Source of the DNA: a virus
Reading direction: 5' to 3' (one strand)
Virus record (IMG/VR): IMGVR_UViG_3300021376_000010
Length of the DNA stretch: 64,000 nt
Each line of letters begins with the position of its first letter. Positions within the stretch are counted from its first letter, which is position 1. The notes under the pieces are model-generated. The model ran no database searches and was not told the origin of the DNA. It worked only from the letters and a program-made list of their open reading frames with translations. This document shows positions 47,780-58,300 of the stretch, piece after piece. The position numbers and the translations under genes were made by a program.

Positions 47780-49659
47780 TAGATATACCTCGCACAGAAT
47801 AGAATACCAGTTGTTCTTATTGATTGAACATAAGATCCAGCAATTACTTTATAAACTTCTGATGGACTTACCGTAATTGTGTCATTTTGTTGAATATTTA
47901 CACCAGGTAAATTGTAAGAAAAATCAATTAAAACAAAATCATCAGGCATATAATAAGGTACAGGAATCAATTGTCCATTTATTGGCACCCCTTTAATTAC
48001 AGCATTAAAGTCTGCAGTAGATGCTATTTGTCTATTACTATTGGTTCCACCTTTGCCTCTTTCTGGTGCTTGGGATGCACTTCTATAATAGATTCTTTTA
48101 TGTGTGCTATTTGATGAATAATAACTCTCAGAAGGATTGTATGCAGAACTAGAAACATATACATCATCAACCCAAGTGTTTGTCCAACTAGATGCACCAT
48201 TCATGGTAGTATACCCAAACTCTGCTGCTCTTTTAGAATGTTGAAAATTACCATCTTGATTTGTGTTTCCTGAAGTATAAGTTCTAAAATTTATGGATGG
48301 TCTGAAATTTCCTGTGCCTGATGAACCTGAAATAACATGAGTGAATCCACTTACAAATAATTCATCCAAATCCCATATATTTGATGATTCAAAATTATGT
48401 AAAATAAAAGTTCCATATGTATTATCAGAAATTTTTTGACTAGAAAGAGTAGGTGCTTTATATGATAATACAGAGAAAGATGGATCAATACCTGAACGAT
48501 AGATATTTAAATCTAACTTATACCCAGTATTTGAACCAGTAGATATTTTACTATATCCATTTTGACTGGTAAATCTAAACAACCCATAAACAGACTCAAA
48601 ACTACTATGATTGTCTCCTGTTGGCCTTCTTGGATTATCAAGCATATCTGTACCAACCCATCTTCTGGAGTATGACATTGCCCCAAAAGTCAAAGAACCA
48701 GCAGCATATGGATGGAATCCACTTCCTGCACCTAAAATTAAATTATAATCATCATGAAATAAGAACATTCTATATGTTGTTCCGTATTTTTTTTCTGGAT
48801 TTATTGTTTGTTTTAATATAGCACCACTATTGTATCCACTTGATGTGAGTTGCTTATAATAAAATGAACTTGTTGTGCCATATCCAATTGGATTTACATC
48901 TGCAGTGTCTGCTGGAAGAACAACAATAGTGCCTCCGTTTTGACCAGCATTAGTATTATCTTTAATATAATATGTTCCTGCCTGACCAGGAAGAGGTGAC
49001 CATGTTAAACTAGAACCATTATGTATATTATATGGTGCATTAAATACAAGAGAGTGCATAGCATATGCATATCCAGGAGTAGTTGTTTTTGAAATTCCTA
49101 CTGTAAAACCATAATTATTAGTTAATACTAATGTATCTCCTTCCTTAATTGTTATTGTTGTATTTGCTCCACCAACAACGCCATTTCTATCTTGTCCATT
49201 TATAATCCAATTAAAACTACCCTCACGAGAAACAATTGTAGATGCATATGATGCACGATTAGTTACAGTTGCTGCTATTGATACTTTAACTTGGAAATCA
49301 GCAGCTCCATTTGCTGCACCACCAATATCTGCTGCGGATACTGTTACTATTTCTCCTGCAGTATATCCATATCCTGGTCTATTAACATAAATGTTATCTA
49401 TTAGTCCATTAGTTCTAAAGACATCTAACGTTAATCCAGTACCAATTTCAGATACTGAAGTTGTAGGAACGTCCTGAAAATCATCATTATTAGTGGTGGT
49501 TCCACCAATACCAGGAGCAAATGTTGTAACTCCAACGACAAGACCACTATCAGTCGAGCCATGAAGACCCAACCAATCAAAAGCACTTTCTAGTTGATTG
49601 ATTAAACTACTGGATGCCCATCCAGGATTTATAGAAATTGTTGTGGTTGTGATTGCCAT
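47779..49659 (-). CDS. Putative tail fibre / receptor-binding protein
   Basis: 626 aa, Gly/Ser/Thr/Tyr-rich. Conserved-looking termini (GW....I.QLE.AF.WLG.HG; PVPYYMPDDFVLIDF..GILFCAR) around a variable core. Confidence 0.55.
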   Translation of the reverse strand: MAITTTTISINPGWASSSLINQLESAFDWLGLHGSTDSGLVVGVTTFAPGIGGTTTNNDDFQDVPTTSVSEIGTGLTLDVFRTNGLIDNIYVNRPGYGYTAGEIVTVSAADIGGAANGAADFQVKVSIAATVTNRASYASTIVSREGSFNWIINGQDRNGVVGGANTTITIKEGDTLVLTNNYGFTVGISKTTTPGYAYAMHSLVFNAPYNIHNGSSLTWSPLPGQAGTYYIKDNTNAGQNGGTIVVLPADTADVNPIGYGTTSSFYYKQLTSSGYNSGAILKQTINPEKKYGTTYRMFLFHDDYNLILGAGSGFHPYAAGSLTFGAMSYSRRWVGTDMLDNPRRPTGDNHSSFESVYGLFRFTSQNGYSKISTGSNTGYKLDLNIYRSGIDPSFSVLSYKAPTLSSQKISDNTYGTFILHNFESSNIWDLDELFVSGFTHVISGSSGTGNFRPSINFRTYTSGNTNQDGNFQHSKRAAEFGYTTMNGASSWTNTWVDDVYVSSSAYNPSESYYSSNSTHKRIYYRSASQAPERGKGGTNSNRQIASTADFNAVIKGVPINGQLIPVPYYMPDDFVLIDFSYNLPGVNIQQNDTITVSPSEVYKVIAGSYVQSIRTTGILFCARYI

Positions 49660-49665
49660 TTAAAC

Positions 49666-52296
49666 TTATGCCTCCAGTTGAAGAATGGTTAGATCTGCTG
49701 TAATGGATTGGGTAGTTCCCGATAAATTTTTAATTGATGCGTAAATTATAATATCTTCAGGATTATCCATATTACCACCCATAACAAATGGAGATATAAT
49801 TTGTGTGGTAGAAATTCCAGTGGTGATAACCTCAGCAATCACACCACTTCCAGGTAATGGATCAGTACCAACACTTCTATTGGCATCATTTTGCCTTGAT
49901 GTGCTATCAGTATATAGACGTAACCAACCTGCAGTGGAAAGACCAACGTTCATCAAAGCATATGATTTAAATCCAAAGATATCGGTATTTCCAATGCCAT
50001 TATTTGCAATGGATGTAGTTATACCAGTAACTACAACTCTTGATTGTAATGAACCACCAGAAGAAGTTACAGTAACAACACCAGCAGAAACTGGTGAGAC
50101 ATCCAAACCTAAACCAAAATTAATTGTTCCTGCAGTACCTACTATTGCATTATCATCCTTAATTTCAATACCAGTTCCTGATGCAATAACACCAAATAAG
50201 GCACTTCCATCAATTGCAGGTAGTGCTCCCACCAATGCTCCCGAATTAAGATTAGTTAGATTTGCTCCAGAACCAGAGAATGATGCTGCTGTAATAAAAC
50301 CAATAGTGTTAATATCAATCGTTGTCGAAACTGCACTAGATATTCCAGCAGTGGCAGCATAACCAGCAGTTCCTGATGACGTAGATACTCCAGCAATTGC
50401 TGCATAATTAGAAGTTACAGATGCTGTCGATATTCCAGCAGTTGCTGCATAAGTTGCAATACCAGATACATTTGCATAAGTTGCTAATCCACTTCCAGTA
50501 ACAGTAGCAATACCAGAAGCAAAAGAAACATTCAGATTAGAACCAAAGTTAATCGTTCCTGCAGTTCCAACTGGAGTTGCATCATCTTGAATTACGACTC
50601 CACTACCACTGCCAACGACATTAATTAGTGCAGAACCATCAATTGCAGGTAATGTTCCTGTAAGTTGTCCAGCATTTAGAGTTCCGTAGAATCCAGTAGC
50701 AGATACGATACCAGCAATTGTAAGTGCTTCTGTAACTACTGTAGTCTTAATACCAACATTACCAGATGCATTGGCATATAACTTAATGTTACCCTCACCA
50801 TCAGAAAGAATAACATTATTTGAAGAGGTTCTAATATCTAAACTAGTATTATTTCCATCATAAGAACCTAAGATTACATTATAATTTCCAGTTGTTATTT
50901 CCTTTCCTGCCCTATCACCAACAGCAACATTATATTGACCACTAGTTGTGTCGTATAATGTAAATTCACCAATTGCAATATTATGTCCCAATCCAGAATT
51001 TAGAGTAAATAATGACTGGTCTCCGATTGAAATATTTCTAGTTGCACCAGAACCCATACTCAAATTACCAATTCTGATATTATCAGTACCAGCAAATTGA
51101 ATTCTTCCAGAATTTATGGTAGTTACACCAGAAATAGTTACTCCAGTATTAATTAATATATTACCATTAAAATCTGCATTGCCAAATAATGATAATGTTG
51201 AAGTTGGATTGGTTGTTCCCAGACCAACTTTTGCAAAAGTGTGAACACCAGCATTGGTTGTAACCCAAGATGAATCTGAGTTTACATCAATAGTAACTCT
51301 ACCAAATGAAGTTGTTATACTGACATTTGTACCAGCAACAAGAGATGTCACAATACCTGTTAAATTGGCCCCAGACCCATTGAAAGTATTTGCTGTTATA
51401 CTACCACTTGCTATTATGTTATTAGTTGTTGTGATACCAGAAATCCCAAGGTCACCAGTAATACTTACGCCATTAGAAAGGGTCTGTAATTTTTTGCTGC
51501 CATTGTAATATAACAATGAACCTTCACCAGCAACAGCACTAAAAACATTGTTGACTCCATCACCAATTCTAATTGATGATGCAGTATCAATTCTTAAATC
51601 AACAGAGTCGTAATAAATTGATGCGTCAACTGCACCACTAGAACCAAGATTTATTCTTAAACCATCGTTTATTTGTACTCCACCACCAGCACCAGTAATA
51701 CTAAAAAGTCCACTATGCAAATTTAAAGCAGAAATTGGATTTACTGTTCCAATTCCAACTCTAGATGATGTTACAATTCCACTGGCAACTGTTGTCCATT
51801 GAGTCGAAACAGCACTTTGTGCAGTGGAATTTATAGTTACATTTCCACCACTTCTATTAATGGATACATTAGAACCAGCAAGAATAGTTGTAACAACCCC
51901 AGTTAAATTAACTCCAGAACCATTGTAAGAAGTTGCTGTTACGACCCCAACTGTAATATCTGGAATTGATGAAAAATTACCAGCAAAAAGAGCAACTGTT
52001 GCAATTCCTGCATTTGTTGCATAAGAAGATAATGAAGAAAGACCAGAAATGACAGAATACGATGAGATTCCCGCAGTTACTGCAAAAGTTGCAATTCCAG
52101 CAGTAGATGCATAACCAGATAATGTAGATATACCAGCAGTTCTTGCAAAACCAATAGAATTAGTTATCGTAGTTCCATTTCCAATGGCATTATAAATTTC
52201 ATTAAAATTACTATTAATTTTAATAGCACCTTGTAATATGGAATCTCCAGTACCATCATTCGGAGCGGAACCTGTATTTATTCCTAATTTCGCCAT
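49666..52296 (-). CDS. Tail fibre protein with gp9/gp10-type baseplate anchor
   Basis: MAKLGINTGSAPNDGTGDS...G..KIN.NF.EIY anchor, 9-residue YA..AGI(S/A)T repeats, duplicated LPAIDGSAL..G.G..I.DD...VGTAGTINFG. Confidence 0.75.
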   Translation of the reverse strand: MAKLGINTGSAPNDGTGDSILQGAIKINSNFNEIYNAIGNGTTITNSIGFARTAGISTLSGYASTAGIATFAVTAGISSYSVISGLSSLSSYATNAGIATVALFAGNFSSIPDITVGVVTATSYNGSGVNLTGVVTTILAGSNVSINRSGGNVTINSTAQSAVSTQWTTVASGIVTSSRVGIGTVNPISALNLHSGLFSITGAGGGVQINDGLRINLGSSGAVDASIYYDSVDLRIDTASSIRIGDGVNNVFSAVAGEGSLLYYNGSKKLQTLSNGVSITGDLGISGITTTNNIIASGSITANTFNGSGANLTGIVTSLVAGTNVSITTSFGRVTIDVNSDSSWVTTNAGVHTFAKVGLGTTNPTSTLSLFGNADFNGNILINTGVTISGVTTINSGRIQFAGTDNIRIGNLSMGSGATRNISIGDQSLFTLNSGLGHNIAIGEFTLYDTTSGQYNVAVGDRAGKEITTGNYNVILGSYDGNNTSLDIRTSSNNVILSDGEGNIKLYANASGNVGIKTTVVTEALTIAGIVSATGFYGTLNAGQLTGTLPAIDGSALINVVGSGSGVVIQDDATPVGTAGTINFGSNLNVSFASGIATVTGSGLATYANVSGIATYAATAGISTASVTSNYAAIAGVSTSSGTAGYAATAGISSAVSTTIDINTIGFITAASFSGSGANLTNLNSGALVGALPAIDGSALFGVIASGTGIEIKDDNAIVGTAGTINFGLGLDVSPVSAGVVTVTSSGGSLQSRVVVTGITTSIANNGIGNTDIFGFKSYALMNVGLSTAGWLRLYTDSTSRQNDANRSVGTDPLPGSGVIAEVITTGISTTQIISPFVMGGNMDNPEDIIIYASIKNLSGTTQSITADLTILQLEA

Positions 52297-52317
52297 TATA
52301 CACTAGATGTTTATTTT

Positions 52318-52325
52318 TATTTATC
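52318..52325 (-). promoter_or_regulatory. Late promoter variant GATAAATA
   Basis: Intergenic, ~22 nt upstream of ATG 52296. Confidence 0.55.
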
Positions 52326-52327
52326 GT

Positions 52328-55300
52328 TTAATTGGAAGACATCTTTATGATGCTTGAATCAAAACTAACAATAGGACTATCAAAATATGATGAAATGCCA
52401 GGATAACTAAATCCAGCATCAACCACAGTATTTACCCTAACGTTAGCAGTACCATCTGCCTTAACAACACTGTAGAAAAGTTTTTGTCCAGATTGGAAAT
52501 TATTGTTTCTTAACTTAAATTTATTATTGGACAAATCAATCACGGAAGAATCATTTCCTTGGAATTCTCTATAAAATAGTGGTGTACCTCTATTTTTTAA
52601 TTTGAAGGTGGTTAATCCAACTATTTGTCCACCAGTCGTAGTTGTAAAACCAGTAAATTGACCACTAATATTATCAATAGGGACAACTTTATTTGTTTTG
52701 TTTAAAATATATGATTTTAAACTTACACCTGTTGGGAAAAATACTCTCTCTATAGATCCATCTGGGAGAAGTTCATCTTCAGTCACCATACTAAAGTTGT
52801 AACGATTATACATCGATTCAACACTGTCTACATTAATTAAAACGTTTAGTGATGAATCGCCAACTCCAACTTTCATATTGTTGGATGCTTTTCCTATAAT
52901 GTCTAAATCAGAGAACTCTTTGAAACCTGCTGGGTGAACTAATGACCTAATAGGTTCTTTCCAATCTGTGTATGGAATTTGTGATTTAATCGAATAAGAG
53001 AATTTTTGATAATAATCGTTATCAGAAATTCTTTGCTGATAATCATTTAAATAACCAATTTTATCGGTAAAATCATTAATTTTATCTCTAGTTACATTAA
53101 GAGATGAAATTAAATTAAATTGATTTACATTTTCGACTATTCCATTTAGCAATGACCTAGTTCCAAGTAATCTATTTCCTACTTCCAATTCACCTTTTGA
53201 ATCAATAAGTCTTAATTGATTTATGTCATTATCCCATCCACTTTCCATGACAACTGCAGAAAATACTGCAAGACCATTAGAATCATATCCAACAACGTTT
53301 TCTCCAGAATAGTAACCCAAATCATCAATCAATTTCATTTCAAATTTTGCCATAACATTTTCGTTTATGACATAACCATAATTATTATCTGTAGTATATT
53401 CACCTAGATTATTTGATATCCCGTTCATACTATAGGTTATGGTAAAGTTTGTAGTGCTTATACCAGTAATAGTAAAGAATTTATAACTATGATTTGCAGA
53501 ATTATAGTTATTCTTTTGATTTCCATCGGTTATTCTGCAGTTTTCTACAAAAATTTTATCTCCGACTTTAAATGGGAATACTACTTCTTGATTTCCATAT
53601 TGATTTGCAATTAATGGGTATATTTGATTGTCACTATTAACAAGCTCCAGTGTAACTTGATTGGTTGATGGATTGTAAACAATATCATCTATATCATAAC
53701 CATTGGAGTTTCTAGTTGGAATGACAGATAGAGGAGCACTCATATTAGTGACATTCTCTAAAATATCCACGGAAGTAACTGTACCACCCTGTATATTTGC
53801 TTTTGATTTAATATTATCATTACCCACTACTTTAAGTACTGGGGCAGTATTATACCCCTTTCCTCCAGTAGTAATACCAATATAATCAACTCTTGATATA
53901 TTTTTTATTTGGCATACTGTTGGAACACTTAATACAGGTTTTAAAGTTGGATCTGTAGGATAGTCAAATCCATCTTTTACTCTTTCAATGTAATCAATTT
54001 TTCCAATAGAATTGGAGAATGCCTTTAAAATTGCATCCTTTCCTGACACTGAAGTTATTGAAGAAATTCTAGGAACTTTTTTGTATCCTTTTCCTCCAAA
54101 ATTTAATTTTATATTTGATATTGGGCCACTAGTATTTTTGGAATCTGTATCATAAAATATTGTAGTTATACCAGAGTTTGCATTATACTCAAAGTATTCT
54201 GGTTTTTGGTTTAAAATAAATTTAAATGAAGTGCTTCCAGTAGAAACTACAGAATAACTTTGGTTATAGATACTTGGATTTAATGATATTTTATTGTATC
54301 CAATTACTTCTTTGTCAATTGAAATTTGATACTTTTCAAGAACACTAGGTGATAATGGTATTAAATTATAAAATAAAGTATTTGTGATACTCTTATCTGT
54401 TGTGTCTATTCTTAACTTAGCACCAGAAACTCCAGCATCAATTGCATTTCTAGTATATTTGTATGATTCAACCTCAATTAAGATATTGCCATCTTTATAT
54501 AATTTGAGATCCATTCCACTCAAAGAAGAATCAGATAAATCAAATTCAATAATATTTCCTTTTGTTGATGTTAGTGGTGGATTTACAAGAGCAATTGATT
54601 GTACTCCACTTCCTTTAGATGTTAATGGAATATTTACTCCAGACTTTGAACTATCATAATAGTTTGATAATTTGATATAGTCTGGTTTTTGCTTAATTAT
54701 ATAATATGTCTCATTATGCTGTAATCCACCAATTGTTGTATTCCCATCATTATAATATACAATTTTATCTCCAGTAACATAATTATTTTTTGGTAAATAT
54801 ATTTCAGAAGTTTCTGTACTAATTGCTACAGAAGTATTGAAAGATTTAATTTCTGTTGTAATCTTTCTGATGTTTGTATCATATCTAAGTTTAAATGTAT
54901 CAACCAATCTTGGTAAGAGATTAAACGTAATTTCGTCGGAATTACCTAATCCATGAGTTTCTGTGGTTTCTACATTCAAACTGAAATTTTCTACTTTTCC
55001 GACAACTTTTTCATACGTTGTTGATAATGAATGTGCAAGTCCAGTTACAGAGATGTCATCAAAGAAATATAATGAATTTAATGATGAACCAATTCCAGTT
55101 GAAGTGGTATAACCAACAGTAGATAAACCAATATAATCTTGACCTTTATTTACAATGTAAATATTCTGGTTATCTTGTAGAGTAAATGCATCTGCCTGAG
55201 TGATTGTATTTGAAACAATCATTCCAGTTCCAGCAAATCCAACGTTATACTTTACTAGTTGTCCTGTATAAAAATTGTGATTTTTGATATAGATTGATCT

Positions 55301-58300
55301 ATCAGGAACATTTAGATTTCTTTGGTCTGATAAAGTATAATTTTTTCCTGTCGAGCCAAACCCAACAAAAGTTTTTGGATTAAAATATACAACATCATTT
55401 TTCTTTATTGGATATTTTTGGTCAGCAACGGAGAACGTAAACTTTCTTGGTAATAATTTTACTGAATCAATTCCTACTGTATGAACACCAGTATTTTGTA
55501 ATCTATTTACTATTAACTCGGATTTCTCTGCTGATATATTAGTTACTTTTAATATTTCAGAACCAATAGAAATAAAGTCATCAACTTCAAATCCAGATAC
55601 ATCATTTACTACAATAGAAGTAGTTTCTCCACTAACAACTAAAACTGGAATATTGGTAGATATCCCAACTGTTTTTTGAGAAACAAAAACATCTTTTATT
55701 CCTTCAAAATATGAATAATTTGAATTTGAAATTGCAGTTATTGTAATTTTATCTCCAGTTATTAATTGGTGCGGTTCTTGAGTAAAACCAATAACATTGT
55801 TTCCATATGTATGAAAACTCACATCTAAAGAAGTTTTTACACCAACAACTATACTTTTTATTGGTTTTCCTTTGATTCTTGATACAACGGCAGATGCTCC
55901 AGATCCACTAGTATTACTATTATCAAATACTATATTGTCTCCAACCTTATAACCAGTTCCATCGGAATATATTTGAACCCCATCTATAGATGATGAAAGT
56001 GTTTTTGTTATAGTAAATTCTTGTTTATATTTTTTGTCAGTATTACTAATTAAATCATAATTAGAATTTCCAGAATTGATATAGTATGGTCCGATATTTC
56101 TAATTAGATTCAAACTTTCCAAATCAATATCTTGATTGAATATTGAAGCATAATTTTCGGGAATTACATAATCCCTGAAATAATTTCCAATCATGTATGG
56201 GAATTCTGGTATCGAAATTGCACTATTATCAATAGTTGCAAAATACGCATAAATTCCATCTGGATAATCTGGAGTTTTGCAGAATCTTCCATTATGTTCA
56301 TCCAAATCACCAATTGCTCTATCATAATAAAAATCTTGAATGAAGAAACCATCAGGTAGGTTTGGTCTAATATTTTTATCTGGTTCTACTTTTTTTGTAT
56401 AACTAGACCTTATTTTTCTAATTTCAGAACCAACTTGTCCATATGGTCCATAAATTGGATTGCCATCATACGCCCACCCAATGATTGGTGAATGAACATT
56501 GTTTAGTGTTTCTCTATTAGAACTATCAAGATGGTCTTTAATAGACTTTCTAAGCAGTCTTGGCGGATAGAAGTTTACTACTTGCAATCCAAGATCTTTA
56601 TTCTTACTTGGAACAATAAATGCCTGATCTTGTATTTCAAGTAATTTCTTATTTTTTTCTACCTGGTTTATTTTCCATTCAAATACATCACCAATGAATT
56701 TTGCATCAGAACCTCTTCTTTTGATTGTAATTGATGTAGTATCTTTATCATATCCAATACCACCATTCGCAATATTTACCGCAACCAATCTGCCATTTTC
56801 TATAACAGGTCTTATATCTGCAAAACTTCCTTTTCCATTTACAATAATATCAATTCCTTTATCATAACCAGAACCGTAACTCAAGAATTGAATATCAACT
56901 ATAGTTCCATTCAAAACTATTGGTTTTAAAAGTGCTTCTGATACAATTGGTTTTACTCTAATATCTGGTCTTCTATGGAAGTTTACTATGTTAGAAACCC
57001 CATAACCAACACCACTATTTTCTAAGAAAATACTTTCAATCGAACCCAAAACAATAGGTTCAAATTGTGGTTCAATTACACTTGTTGCTCCTATTCCAGA
57101 TAGTGTCTCAACGACAAGTCTAATTGGTGGATAAGAAAATGTATGAGTGCCAGTTCCTAGAGAATTGAATCTTATATATCTTTTATTTTCGTAATTAATA
57201 TCATAAAATTGTGTTCCAATACCAATAGTTGATAATTTAAATTTATTATTATCAACTACTGTGACTACATATTCTGAAGATGTAGATAATCCACTTACAG
57301 ATGTTCCTGTTGTTGAATATCTTAGAATATCTTTATCTTTGAGACCATGATTTTTAGCAAATACATAGTGATCAAATGTATTAACACCATTGGTTTTTTC
57401 ATCAAATGCTAATATTGATGGAATCTTAATAATTCTGTTTGAATAACCAGTTCCAGAATTTTTTACACGAATTTCTGTAATAGTATTTTTTGATTTTAGT
57501 GTTATGAAAGAATGGAATCCAGAACTAATCCCAACCAAATTTACTTCGTTAGATTTCTTATAAGCATCTTCCAGTCTTTCATATAATCTAATCTGGGTAG
57601 GACTTATTACTCCAGCATAATAATTTGAATTTGTTTTTAACGGGAAAATCTCAGCATTAAAATTGGCATTATATGAAATTTCTTCTCCATCATCAAAATT
57701 GTGATTTTGTGAAAAAGTTATAGTATTTGTTGTTGGATTTACTCCAGAACCATCACCCTTAAATCCTGCATTAATTTTAGATTTTACTAAATTTGGTTCA
57801 ACTACTGCTCCAGAACCATTTCCACCAATCAAAGTAATTTTTGGCTTTATTTGATAACCTACACCTGGAGTTACAATTTTTACTTCAGAAAGACCACCAA
57901 CGATATTAGCATATCCTTTAGCATTTCTTCCCGAAACATCAGTTATTTCTATTTCTGGTGGATTTATAATATCGTAACCTTTACCTGGATTAGTTACTGT
58001 TATGCCATCTAATTTACCATAGTAAATATTTTCATCAAATAGAGTTGGTGAATAAATTTCAACACCATTAATTAAAATACCTACTTGTCTATTATTTGTT
58101 GTTCTATCCGCAACCTGCTTTAGTGTACTATCACCTTTTACGTAATTGAATTTTTTAAATAATTTTTGATTCTCTACTACTTTATTCTCATAATCTAATT
58201 TAACAAAAGAATCAGATACTATATTTCTGTCAAAGTTGACATAAACACTTGAATATAAATCACTTTTACTTAAAGATAGTTTAATTTTTTTACTATCTTT